45,232 nt of DNA from Candidatus Contendobacter sp. (GTDB lineage: Bacteria; Pseudomonadota; Gammaproteobacteria; Competibacterales; Competibacteraceae). The stretch is from assembly GCA_020890855.1 (NCBI GenBank), contig JAJHPN010000030.1:1-45232 (forward strand), given 5' to 3'. The notes beneath the pieces are model-generated. The model did no database searches. It was given only the letters and a program-made list of their open reading frames with translations, and was not told the origin of the DNA. Shown piece by piece: positions 10,801-20,846 of the stretch. How positions within the stretch are numbered: position 1 is the stretch's first letter; each line of letters starts with the position of its first letter. The position numbers and the translations under genes were made by a program.

Positions 10801-13538
10801 TCTGGAACGAAAGTCAGAGCGGCTATCGGCAACAGCTCCATGATCAAATCCTGGGCTTGATTCCGGCGGGCGTTGAAGCCCATGTGATGGATCGGCCCGG
10901 CGGGATCTTCATTCGCCCGGCGGATCAGATTTCGAACGAGGATCGGATTCTGTTCCAAACGGTGGCGCGAGCGGTACTCAGCGACAGCCGGGGTACGCTG
11001 GCGGAACAGCTCAACCGGCGCAGGCCGCTGGAAAAGCGGCTGCCGCGCTTCCAGCCCACCGGCATCCACCGGGCTGAATCGTTGCCGTCTGCCGCCCTGC
11101 CGCGCCGCGATCTGATTCTCGGCAATGGTCTGGGCGGATTCGCCGCCGATGGCCGCGAGTACCTCATCACTCTGGCCCCTGGGCAGACCACGCCCGCGCC
11201 GTGGGTCAATGTGCTGGCGAATCCGAACTTCGGCACGGTCATCTCCGAGAACGGTGTGGCCTACACCTGGAGCGAGAACGCCCACGAGTTCCGCCTGACG
11301 CCCTGGCACAACGACCCGGTCAGCGACGCCAGCGGCGAAGCCTTTTACCTGCGCGACGAAGACAGCGGCCAGTTCTGGTCGCCGACGCCGCTGCCGGCTG
11401 GCGGCGCCACGCCCTATGTCAGTCGGCACGGCTTCGGTTACAGCGTCTTCGAACACGAAGAAAACGGCATCCACTCCGAGTTGTGGGTGTATGTCGCTGT
11501 GGATGCGCCGATCAAGTTCTCGGTGCTGAAGATTCGCAACGAATCGGGCCAAACCCGCCGATTGTCGGCGACCGGCTACATGGAGTGGGTGCTGGGCGAT
11601 CTGCGCCCGAAGTCAGTACTGCATCTGATTACCGAAATCGACCCCACCAGCGGGGCGCTGTTCGCTCGCAATCCGTACAACACCGAGTTCGCCGACCGTT
11701 TGGCCTTTTTCGACGTGGATGATGTGATGCGGACCTTTAGCGGCGACCGCACCGAGTTCATTGGCCGGAACGGCACGCTGCGTCAGCCGGCGGCGATGAC
11801 CCGGGCCGGACTGTCCGGCAAGGTCGGCGCGGCGCTGGATGCCTGCGCGGCGATTCAGGTGAACTTTGAACTGGCCGCTGGGCAAGAGCATGAAATCGTG
11901 TTCCGGCTGGGCGTGGCGGGTCGGCGCGGCGCGGATGACGCCAGCACCCTGGTGCATCGCTGCCGGGGCGCATCAGCGGCGCGGACGGCGCTGGACGCGG
12001 TGCGGCGCCACTGGCAACACACCCTCGGCGCGGTGCAGGTGGCAACGCCGGACCCAGCCCTCAATGTGCTGGCGAACGGCTGGCTGGTGTACCAGACCCT
12101 GGCGTGCCGGCTGTGGGCGCGCAGCGGTTACTACCAGTCGGGCGGCGCGTTTGGGTTCCGCGACCAGTTGCAGGATTTGATGGCGCTGATCCACACCGAA
12201 CCGGGTCTGCTGCGTGAACATTTGCTGCGTTGTGCGGGCCGCCAGTTCCGGGAAGGCGATGTGCAGCATTGGTGGCATCCGCCGTCCGGTCGGGGGGTGC
12301 GAACCCACTGTTCGGATGATTACCTGTGGCTGCCGTTGGCGACCTGCCGCTATGTGCTGACCACCGGTGATACCGGGGTGCTGGATGAACCGGCGCCGTT
12401 TCTGGACGGTCGCCCGGTCCCGGCAGCGGAGGACTCCTATTACGATCTGCCGGTCCGGTCGGAAGCATCGGCCAATTTGTACCAGCACTGTGTCCACGCC
12501 ATCCTGCACGGACTCCGCTTTGGCGAGCATGGCCTGCCGCTGATCGGTTCCGGAGACTGGAACGACGGCATGGATCGGGTCGGGAGAGAGGGCCGGGGCG
12601 AAAGCATCTGGCTGGGCTTTTTCCTCTATGACGTGCTGATCCGCTTCACCGAAATAGCCCGGTTACGGGGGGATCTGTCCTTCGTCGAGCGCTGCCAGCG
12701 CGAGGCGGTGGCCGTCCGTCAGAATCTGGAGCAGCAGGGCTGGGATGGCGGCTGGTATCGCCGCGCCTATTTCGATGACGGGACCCCGCTGGGGTCGGCG
12801 AGCAATGCCGAATGCCAGATTGATTCGATCGCCCAGAGCTGGTCGGTGCTGTCCGGGGCCGGCGATAGCAACCGGGTGCGCCTGGCGATGGCAGCTTTGG
12901 ATACGCGACTGGTGCGCCGCGATCAGGGCCTGATTCAATTGCTGGACCCGCCCTTTGACACCTCGCCGTTGAATCCGGGCTATATCAAAGGCTACGTTCC
13001 CGGCGTGCGGGAGAATGGCGGCCAATACACCCATGCCGCGATCTGGGCGGCGATGGCGTTGGCGGCCCTGGGCGACCGGCAGCGGGCCTGGGAACTGTTC
13101 GCCATGATCAATCCGGTGAACCATGCCCGTTCCCCGGAAGCGGTGGCGATTTACAAGGTGGAACCCTATGTGGTCGCCGCCGATGTGTATGCGGTGGCGC
13201 CCCACACCGGGCGCGGCGGCTGGACCTGGTACACCGGATCGGCGGGCTGGCTGTACCGGCTGATCGTGGAATCGCTGCTGGGGCTGCGGCTGGAAGGGAA
13301 CACCCTGCATTTCGCGCCGTGTCTGCCGGTGGACTGGCCGGGATTCAAACTGCGCTACCGCTATCGGGAAACGACCTACGCCATTGTTGTCACCCAAACT
13401 GCCGACGCAACCGGCGAAATGCGGGTCACGGTGGATGGGGTTGAGCGGGATGATGCCGTGATTCCGCTGGTGGACGACCGCCGGGAACACACGGTTGAGG
13501 TACGCTATCGAACAGATGCGGGTCGGGAAAGATCGTAA
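4896..13538 (+). CDS. ndvB: cyclic beta-1,2-glucan synthase (NdvB/ChvB/Cgs type)
   Basis: 2,880 aa from ATG 4896 (RBS GAAGGTGA; the track ORF begins at TTG 4848). GT region with 'ITLDTDTQLPRDAA'. Hydrophobic TM blocks. C-terminal GH94-like glycan phosphorylase blocks 'FREGDVQHWWHPPSGRGVRT' and 'GSGDWNDGMD'. Size and layout match NdvB/Cgs. Confidence 0.9.
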   Translation: MTIHETLLQVRMRILGNGLAKKYVGDEQPLRAELFSAIQMEQHGKELAASHVLTPRQARDQLLVRLTANERTLIDVCALLMEAVTANRRIAPAGEWLLDNFYLIEEQIRTAKRHLPKGYSRELPRLRNGSSAGLPRVYDLALEIIAHGDGRVDPEALSRFVAAYQSVTPLKLGELWAIPIMLRLALIENLRRVAARIAGSRTGHNLADEWADQMTAMAENDPKNLLLVIADMARSNPPMSSAFVAELARRLQGQSSALALPLTWIEQQLAESNLTIEQLVQVENQQQAGDQVSISNSIGSLRFLGAMDWREFVETMSVVESILRDDPVRVYGRMDFASRDRYRHVVEKVAKNSQISEAAVAHHAIDLAQEDAVNRDGDPRTAHVGFYLIDRGLALLERRVKACRCTLESLQHQARRFPLFLYVGGIALLTALLTGGLLTKAQTDDWPAGLLPVLGLIALLGVSHLAVALVNWLATLLATPYPLPRLDFSAGIPPETRTLVVTPTMLTSAANIEDLIEALEVRFLANRDDSLHFGLLTDFRDAPEETLAEDQALLRLTVQRIDALNEKYPQVRGDTFFLFHRPRRWNPQEQIWMGYERKRGKLADLNALLRGDCGDRFARVVGDTTLLSNVKYVITLDTDTQLPRDAARELIGTMAHPLNQAHYDERRQRVSAGYGILQPRVAVSLPGANRSHYARLYGSDAGIDPYTQAVSDVYQDGFQEGSFIGKGIYEVDAFEQALNGRFPENRILSHDLLEGCYARSGLVSDVQLYEDYPACYSADVSRRFRWIRGDWQIARWLLPRVPGLDGRLQNNPLSALSRWKLFDNLRRSLTPAALILLLILGWAVMASPGFWTGAVLGILLIPALATSLLNVLRKPGDVRWSQHLAAAARATGHHLAQAAFTIACLPYEAFFSLEAMVRTIWRMQVSHQHLLEWTSSGEQDRHRRDLIAFYRIMRMAPALAGITALGLAIIKPAVLLVAGPLLVLWLASPALAWWMSRPLTHREARLTADQTRFLHAVARKTWAFFETFVGPTDHWLPPDNVQEHPVAVVAHRTSPTNMGLSLLANLAAYDFGYLSAGRLIERTTSALDTMVGLERYRGHFYNWYDTQSLKSLPPVYISSVDSGNLAGHLLTLRQGLLGLIDDPILSPRYFAGLGDTFNLLVEAAEGAIPASFAPFQQTLAAATTAPPATRVAAQLCLDQLATTAEAGVHGLAANAGGEVSDWALALTRQCREALDEWLFLAPAIPPASLPPFEKGGQVELTAQAIPTLRQSAALDQAASGRARDRIAALEHLALQAGELAQMDYDFLFDETRHLLAIGYNVSERRRDASYYDLLASEARLGSFVAIAQGQLPQESWFALGRLLIIAGGEPTLLSWSGSMFEYLMPLLVMPTYENTLLDQTGQAAVARQIEYGKQRGVPWGVSESGYNTVDVQLNYQYRAFGVPGLGLKRGLAEDLVIAPYASALALMVAPEAACLNLQRLAAAGFAGRFGFYEAIDYTPSRVPRGQTSAVVRSFMAHHQGMSFLALTYLLLNRPMQQRFVAAPLFQATLLLLQERIPKAPAFYSNTTSQITDLRPTASSQDAPMRVFNNPNTPLPEVQLLSNGRYHVMVTNAGGGYSRWKDLAVTRWREDATCDPWGAFCYLRDVASGAFWSTAYQPTCHVPDHYEAIFSEGRAEFRRHDHEIESYTEIVVSPEDDIELRRVRISNRSRIRRVIEITSYAEVVLAPPAADALHPAFSNLFVQTEILHPHPAILCTRRPRSRDEASPWMLHLMVVRGAECGPVSYETDRLRFIGRGHTTADPQALTQDMALSGSAGSVLDPVVAIRYRITLDPEQTATVDLVSGIGETRDNALTLVGKYQDQRLADRVFDLAWTHSQVVLRQLNATQADAQLYGHLASSILYANATLRAETSVLSQNRRGQSGLWGHAVSGDVPIVLLQITDSANIELVHQLVQAHAYWRLKGLTVDLVIWNESQSGYRQQLHDQILGLIPAGVEAHVMDRPGGIFIRPADQISNEDRILFQTVARAVLSDSRGTLAEQLNRRRPLEKRLPRFQPTGIHRAESLPSAALPRRDLILGNGLGGFAADGREYLITLAPGQTTPAPWVNVLANPNFGTVISENGVAYTWSENAHEFRLTPWHNDPVSDASGEAFYLRDEDSGQFWSPTPLPAGGATPYVSRHGFGYSVFEHEENGIHSELWVYVAVDAPIKFSVLKIRNESGQTRRLSATGYMEWVLGDLRPKSVLHLITEIDPTSGALFARNPYNTEFADRLAFFDVDDVMRTFSGDRTEFIGRNGTLRQPAAMTRAGLSGKVGAALDACAAIQVNFELAAGQEHEIVFRLGVAGRRGADDASTLVHRCRGASAARTALDAVRRHWQHTLGAVQVATPDPALNVLANGWLVYQTLACRLWARSGYYQSGGAFGFRDQLQDLMALIHTEPGLLREHLLRCAGRQFREGDVQHWWHPPSGRGVRTHCSDDYLWLPLATCRYVLTTGDTGVLDEPAPFLDGRPVPAAEDSYYDLPVRSEASANLYQHCVHAILHGLRFGEHGLPLIGSGDWNDGMDRVGREGRGESIWLGFFLYDVLIRFTEIARLRGDLSFVERCQREAVAVRQNLEQQGWDGGWYRRAYFDDGTPLGSASNAECQIDSIAQSWSVLSGAGDSNRVRLAMAALDTRLVRRDQGLIQLLDPPFDTSPLNPGYIKGYVPGVRENGGQYTHAAIWAAMALAALGDRQRAWELFAMINPVNHARSPEAVAIYKVEPYVVAADVYAVAPHTGRGGWTWYTGSAGWLYRLIVESLLGLRLEGNTLHFAPCLPVDWPGFKLRYRYRETTYAIVVTQTADATGEMRVTVDGVERDDAVIPLVDDRREHTVEVRYRTDAGRERS

Positions 13539-13550
13539 TACCCATTCTGA

Positions 13551-15545
<1,995 letters not shown>

Positions 15546-15553
<8 letters not shown>

Positions 15554-15884
15554 CCCATTGGAAAGCCAGCGCGGGAAAGACCCGACAGCGTTCAGTCGAG
15601 AAGTCGGCGCGAAGGCGGCGCGCAAGCTCAAGGCGCGGCGTAACCCCACGCCGGGGGTCTGGTTTGGCCTGGGCATGATGGGGCTGATCGGCTGGTCGGT
15701 GGTGGTGCCGACGCTGCTCGGCGCGATGCTGGGCTTGTGGTTGGACCGAACGTATCCGGGCGGCCGTTCCTGGACACTGGCGCTGCTGGTGGCCGGGCTG
15801 GCGATGGGCTGTTTCAATGCGTGGCGTTGGGTTGCCAAGGAAGACCAGGCCATGCGGAAGGAACAGGAGGATGACGATGAATGA
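15546..15884 (+). CDS. atpQ: AtpZ/AtpI-like small membrane protein of N-ATPase operons
   Basis: 112 aa with two TM helices (VWFGLGMMGLIGWSVVVPTLLGAMLGLWL; WTLALLVAGLAMGCFNAW). Located between atpC and atpR. Confidence 0.75.
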
Positions 15885-16197
15885 AACCTGGATCTTGATA
15901 TTGGCCGGGCTGGCGGGCGCTGCACTCGGGGCGCTGTTTTTCGGCGGCCTGTGGTGGACGATTCGCAAAGGAACGTCATCCCAACGGCCAGCGCTATGGT
16001 TTTTCGGCAGTTTTCTACTGCGGACAAGCCTGACGCTGGCTGGATTTTACGAGGTCGCTGGCGATCAGTGGCAGCGGTTGCTGGCGTGTCTCGTGGGATT
16101 TGTCATGGCGCGTCTGATCATCCTGCAACTGACTCGAACGGCGCAACAGCCCACTGCCTGGGTAGCGGAGGCTGACCATGCGCCTGAGTCCGGATGA
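15871..16197 (+). CDS. atpR: N-ATPase subunit AtpR
   Basis: About 108 aa (ATG 15871 or 15877, after AGGAGG). Hydrophobic, with the 'FFGGLWWTIRKG' motif characteristic of AtpR. Located before atpB. Confidence 0.75.
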   Translation: MTMNETWILILAGLAGAALGALFFGGLWWTIRKGTSSQRPALWFFGSFLLRTSLTLAGFYEVAGDQWQRLLACLVGFVMARLIILQLTRTAQQPTAWVAEADHAPESG

Positions 16198-16873
16198 GAT
16201 GATTTTTTGGCAATACGGGTTTTTCAAACTCAACGCTACCCTGGTGTTTACCTGGGGATTGATGCTGGTGCTGGTCGTCAGTTCAACCCTCATTACCCGC
16301 AAGCTTTCCACCGATCTGAAGCGTACCCGCTGGCAGAATCTGCTGGAAATCATCGTCACCGCCATCGAGAAACAAATCGAAGAAGTGGGCCTGAGCCAGC
16401 CGCGAAAATACCTCGGTTTTCTGGGCACGCTGTTCCTGTTCATCGCGCTATCCGCCCTCTGCACCGTGATCCCCGGCTACGAGCCGCCGACCGGCTCGCT
16501 ATCAACCACCGTCGCCCTCGCCTTGTGCGTGCTGGTGGCGGTACCGTTCTTCGGCATCCAGGATCAGGGAGTGGGCGGCTATCTCAAATCCTACATCGAG
16601 CCGACGTTCATCATGCTGCCGTTTAACATCATCAGCGAAATCTCCCGCACCCTGGCCTTGGCTGTCCGACTGTTCGGCAACATGATGAGCGGGGCGATGA
16701 TCATCGGCATTCTGCTGTCGATTACGCCCTTCATCTTTCCCATCATCATGACGCTGCTTGGTCTGCTCACCGGCATGGTGCAGGCCTATATCTTCACCAT
16801 CCTGGCCGCCGTTTACATTGTGGCCGCCACCCGCACACGTCAGCCTAAACCTGAACCTGCGGCTGAAACCTGA
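16178..16873 (+). CDS. atpB: F0 a subunit
   Basis: 231 aa; RBS GGAGG. Polytopic, with the stator Arg context 'LALAVRLFGNMMSG'. Confidence 0.88.
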   Translation: MRLSPDEMIFWQYGFFKLNATLVFTWGLMLVLVVSSTLITRKLSTDLKRTRWQNLLEIIVTAIEKQIEEVGLSQPRKYLGFLGTLFLFIALSALCTVIPGYEPPTGSLSTTVALALCVLVAVPFFGIQDQGVGGYLKSYIEPTFIMLPFNIISEISRTLALAVRLFGNMMSGAMIIGILLSITPFIFPIIMTLLGLLTGMVQAYIFTILAAVYIVAATRTRQPKPEPAAET

Positions 16874-16898
16874 GACCACCACCCATCAAGGACATCCC

Positions 16899-17180
16899 AT
16901 GGAAAGCATGACCCTCATTGCAGTGACATCCATCGTCATCGCCGGACTCACGACCGGTTTCGGCACGATGGGACCGGCGCTGGCGGAAGGTCGGGCGGTT
17001 GCGACCGCGCTGACTGCGCTGGCGCAGCAACCCGACGCCTCCGCGACCATCACCCGCACCCTGTTCGTGGGTTTGGCGATGATCGAGTCCACGGCGATCT
17101 ACTGTTTCGTGGTTTCGATGATTCTGCTTTTCGCCAATCCGTTCTGGAACTTCGCCATCGCGCAGGCGGCGGGAAAGTAA
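16899..17180 (+). CDS. atpE: F0 c subunit (rotor ring)
   Basis: 93 aa from ATG 16899 inside a longer track ORF. Helical hairpin with 'GPALAEGRA' in helix 1 and 'GLAMIESTAIY' in helix 2. Confidence 0.88.
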   Translation: MESMTLIAVTSIVIAGLTTGFGTMGPALAEGRAVATALTALAQQPDASATITRTLFVGLAMIESTAIYCFVVSMILLFANPFWNFAIAQAAGK

Positions 17181-17183
17181 GCC

Positions 17184-17999
17184 ATGCTCATCGACTGGTT
17201 CACCGTGGGTGCGCAGGTGCTTAACTTCCTCATCCTGGTGTGGTTGATGAAGCACTTTCTCTACCAACCGATCCTCGACGCCATCGATGCGCGGGAACAG
17301 CGGATCGCGACCGAACTGACCAACGCCGCTGCGAAACAGGCCGAAGCGCAACAGGAGCGTGAGGCGTTCCAGCGCAAGAACACCGAGTTTGCCCAACAGC
17401 GCGCCGCGCTCTTGAAACAGGCGACTGACGAGGCGCAGACGGAACGCGAGCGACTCCTCGACGAGGCGCGGAAGGCCGCTGCGGCTTTGCAGGCAAAACG
17501 GCAGGAAACATTGAGAAACGAAGCACAGCACTTGCATCAGGCGCTTCGCCGCCGAACCCAGCAGGAAGTATTTGCCATCGCCCGCAAGGCGCTGACTGAT
17601 CTGGCCGGGACAAGTCTGGAAGAACGGATGGTTGAGGTGTTCGCTGGCCGATTGCGTGAACTCGACGGAGCGGAACAGGACCGGCTGACCGCGGCGCTCA
17701 AGGCGTCGCCTGGCCCGGTGATGGTTCGCACCGCATTCGACCTGCCGCCGGCGCAGCGCGCCTCCACCGAAGCGGCGATCAAGGAAAGCCTGGGCCTGGA
17801 GACGCCCGCCCAGTTCACAACGGCCCCTGACCTGATCAGCGGTATTGAACTCACCACGAATGGGCAAAAGGTCGCGTGGAGCATCGCGGATTATCTGGCG
17901 TCGCTGGAAAAAGGCGTCGCGGAACTGCTCAAAGCGCAGGATTTACCTGAAGCCGCGCCGGAACCGGAACAACCTCAGCCCGAAGTCACCCACTCATGA
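17184..17999 (+). CDS. atpF: F0 b subunit, long N-ATPase form (b/delta-like)
   Basis: 271 aa. N-terminal TM helix ([15 protein letters not shown]), then a long charged helix. No separate delta gene is present in the operon. Confidence 0.8.
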   Translation: MLIDWFTVGAQVLNFLILVWLMKHFLYQPILDAIDAREQRIATELTNAAAKQAEAQQEREAFQRKNTEFAQQRAALLKQATDEAQTERERLLDEARKAAAALQAKRQETLRNEAQHLHQALRRRTQQEVFAIARKALTDLAGTSLEERMVEVFAGRLRELDGAEQDRLTAALKASPGPVMVRTAFDLPPAQRASTEAAIKESLGLETPAQFTTAPDLISGIELTTNGQKVAWSIADYLASLEKGVAELLKAQDLPEAAPEPEQPQPEVTHS

Positions 18000-19537
18000 A
18001 CGCCGAACCGGAGCGCCTTCAGCCCGTTTTCGACCGTGCGTTTGCTGGCATCCGTCAGGTGCGCGAAGCCTTCACGCCGCAACTGACGCCCCAGGAGGTC
18101 GGCACGATCACCCGTGTCGCCACCGGCATCGCCAAGGTCTCCGGCCTTCCCGGCGTGGGTTTTGACGAATTGGTGGCGTTTCCCGGCGAGGTGCTCGGTA
18201 TGGCGTTCAACGTCGACGAGGACGACATTGGCGTCGTATTGCTCGGCGAATACTGGCATCTCCACGCGGGCGGTGAAGTCCAGCGCACGGGCCGGGTCAT
18301 GGACGTAGCCGTGGGCGATGGCGTGCTGGGGCGCGTGATCGATCCGCTCGGTCGGCCCCTGGATGGCCACGGGCCGGTCATCGCCAGCCAGCGCCTGCCG
18401 GTCGAACGCCCGGCGGCGGCGATCATGGACCGTGCGCCCGTTACCACGCCGCTTCAGACCGGCCTCAAAGTCGTCGATGCGCTCATTCCCATCGGGCGTG
18501 GTCAGCGCGAGTTGATTCTCGGCGATCGGCAGACCGGCAAAACCGCCCTTGCGCTCGATACGATTCTCAATCAACGCGACCAGAATGTGCTGTGCGTCTA
18601 TTGCGCCATTGGCCAGCGGGCGTCCGCCGTGGCCAAGGCCGTGGCCATTTTGCGGGAAAAGGGCGCGATGGCGTACACCGTCGTGGTGGTGACCGAGGGC
18701 AACGACCCGGCGGGTCTCGCCTACATCGCACCCTACGCCGCGACCAGCATCGCGGAATCCTTCATGGAAGCGGGTCGCGACGTGCTGATCGTGTACGACG
18801 ACCTCACCCATCACGCCCGCGCCTACCGCGAACTCTCGCTACTGCTGCGCCGTCCGCCCGGTCGTGAAGCCTTTCCCGGCGACATCTTTTATATCCACTC
18901 GCGGCTGCTGGAACGGGCGACGCACTTGCGCCCGGAACTCGGCGGCGGTTCCCTCACCGCCCTGCCCATCATCGAAACCGAAGCGCAGAACCTGTCCGCC
19001 TACATCCCGACCAATTTGATTTCCATCACCGATGGGCAGATTTACCTCTCGCCGGCGCTGTTCGAGTTGGGTGTGCTACCGGCGGTCGATGTCGGTCAAT
19101 CGGTTTCGCGCGTTGGCGGCAAAGCGCAACGGGCCGCCTATCGGGCGGTGGCGGGCGACCTCAAGCTCGCCTACGCCCAGTTTGAGGAACTCGAAACCTT
19201 TTCCCGATTCGGCGCCCGCCTGGATGAAAACACCCGCACGATCATCGAGCACGGACGACGCATTCGCGCCTGCCTCAAACAGCCGGAATCCGCTCCGGTG
19301 TCGGTGCCTGCGCAAATCACCGTGCTGCTGGCGTTGACCGCAAACCTCTTCGACGACGTGCCGCTGGATCAGATGACGGCCGCTGAACAGACCGTGATCC
19401 AGGCGGCGGCGGAAATCCCGGCGGACGTGAGCGAACGATTGAAGACCGCCGAAAAATTGAGCGACGCGGATCGTGCAACGATCATCGAAATCGCTCGCCA
19501 GGCGCTCGCAGGCCGTTTGCCAAAACCTAGCCCGTAA
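17996..19537 (+). CDS. atpA: N-type F-ATPase alpha subunit
   Basis: 513 aa; ATG overlaps the atpF stop. Walker A '[13 protein letters not shown]'. '[32 protein letters not shown]'. Confidence 0.92.
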   Translation: MNAEPERLQPVFDRAFAGIRQVREAFTPQLTPQEVGTITRVATGIAKVSGLPGVGFDELVAFPGEVLGMAFNVDEDDIGVVLLGEYWHLHAGGEVQRTGRVMDVAVGDGVLGRVIDPLGRPLDGHGPVIASQRLPVERPAAAIMDRAPVTTPLQTGLKVVDALIPIGRGQRELILGDRQTGKTALALDTILNQRDQNVLCVYCAIGQRASAVAKAVAILREKGAMAYTVVVVTEGNDPAGLAYIAPYAATSIAESFMEAGRDVLIVYDDLTHHARAYRELSLLLRRPPGREAFPGDIFYIHSRLLERATHLRPELGGGSLTALPIIETEAQNLSAYIPTNLISITDGQIYLSPALFELGVLPAVDVGQSVSRVGGKAQRAAYRAVAGDLKLAYAQFEELETFSRFGARLDENTRTIIEHGRRIRACLKQPESAPVSVPAQITVLLALTANLFDDVPLDQMTAAEQTVIQAAAEIPADVSERLKTAEKLSDADRATIIEIARQALAGRLPKPSP

Positions 19538-19565
19538 CCATTCATCACCAACCCAGGAGAACACC

Positions 19566-19937
19566 ATGCAAATTCAAATCAATACCGACCGTAATATTCC
19601 AGGTCACGAGGCGTTGGCTGCTTGGGTCAGTGGCGTCGTGGAGAATACTCTGAGCCGATTCAGCGATCACATCACACGAGTGGAAGTTCATCTGAGTGAT
19701 GAGAACAGCGACAAGAAGGGCGGCAATGACAACATGCGCTGCTTGATGGAAGCCCGCCTGGAAGGTCGCCAACCGGTCGCGGTGACGCATCAGGCCGCAA
19801 CCTTGGACCAAGCCGTTGACGGCGCTGCCGACAAGTTGGCCCGTTTGATCGAGAGTACCCTCGGGCGGCTGCGTGATCACAAGGGTCGCCGGACTGAGCT
19901 GCCTCCGGGGGAGCCGAACCTCACCGATCCGTCATGA
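19566..19937 (+). CDS. HPF/RaiA-family (ribosome-associated inhibitor-like) small protein embedded in the ATPase operon
   Basis: 123 aa from ATG 19566 (RBS AGGAG). 'MQIQINTDRNIPG...ITRVEVHLSDENSDKKGGNDNMRCLMEARLEGRQPVAVTHQAATLDQAVDGAADKL' matches short HPF/RaiA-like proteins (from memory). Its stop overlaps the atpG start (ATGA). Confidence 0.65.
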   Translation: MQIQINTDRNIPGHEALAAWVSGVVENTLSRFSDHITRVEVHLSDENSDKKGGNDNMRCLMEARLEGRQPVAVTHQAATLDQAVDGAADKLARLIESTLGRLRDHKGRRTELPPGEPNLTDPS

Positions 19938-20836
19938 GCGATACCGCCGCGAGCCTGCGCCGCAAGATCGCCAGCGCCGGAGACCTCCAATCCGTGGTGC
20001 GCACGATGAAGGCTATGGCGGCGTCGAGCATCGGGCAATATGAAAACGCGGTGTGCGCCCTGGATGACTATTATCGGACGGTGCAACTGGGCTTGGTCGC
20101 GGGTTTCCGACAGCGCGAACCCCCGGGCGTCACGCTGCAAGCGGAGCTGAAGGAAACCGGGGCGATTGGCGCGGTCGTGTTCGGTTCTGACCAGGGACTG
20201 GTGGGACCCTTTAATGAAGCAATGCGGGACTTTGTCGTGAAGACGCTCAGCCCTCTGCCCGGTCAAAAGACGGTCTGGGCGGTTGGCGAGCGCATTCAGT
20301 CGCGTCTCGCGGACACTGATCTGCGGCTAAAGGCGCCCTTCGTGCTACCCAATGCCATTGGCGCGATTACGCCACTGGTGGGGCAGATTCTGATCGAGGT
20401 GGAAACGCGGCGGGAACAGGGCGAGATCGCGCAGGTTTACCTGTTTCACAACCGCCCGGAGGCAAGAGCGATTTATACCCCGGTGAGTCAACGCCTGCTG
20501 CCGCTGGACGACGTATGGCGGCGTGATCTGGCGACTCTCCATTGGCCGACGGGAAATTTGCCCGAGGTCATGAATGATGGGGGGCAGACGCTGCTGGCGT
20601 TCGTTCGCGAATATCTGTTCGTCTCGCTGTTCAAGGCGTGTGCGGAATCCCTGGCCAGTGAAAACGCCAGCCGTCTGGCGGCGATGCAACGCGCTGAAAA
20701 GAATATCGACGAACTGCTGGAAGATCTGAACCGGACGTTTCACCGCCTGCGTCAGAGCAGTATCGACGAGGAACTGTTCGATGTCGTCTCCGGCTTCGAG
20801 GCGTTGTCGAGCAAGCCGCGCAGATCCGCCGGATAG
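19934..20836 (+). CDS. atpG: N-type F-ATPase gamma subunit
   Basis: 300 aa. 'LRRKIASAGDLQSVVRTMKAMAASS' at the N-terminus and 'ENASRLAAMQRAEKNIDELL...RQSSIDEEL' at the C-terminus are typical of gamma. Confidence 0.88.
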   Translation: MSDTAASLRRKIASAGDLQSVVRTMKAMAASSIGQYENAVCALDDYYRTVQLGLVAGFRQREPPGVTLQAELKETGAIGAVVFGSDQGLVGPFNEAMRDFVVKTLSPLPGQKTVWAVGERIQSRLADTDLRLKAPFVLPNAIGAITPLVGQILIEVETRREQGEIAQVYLFHNRPEARAIYTPVSQRLLPLDDVWRRDLATLHWPTGNLPEVMNDGGQTLLAFVREYLFVSLFKACAESLASENASRLAAMQRAEKNIDELLEDLNRTFHRLRQSSIDEELFDVVSGFEALSSKPRRSAG

Positions 20837-20846
20837 AGATTCAGCC

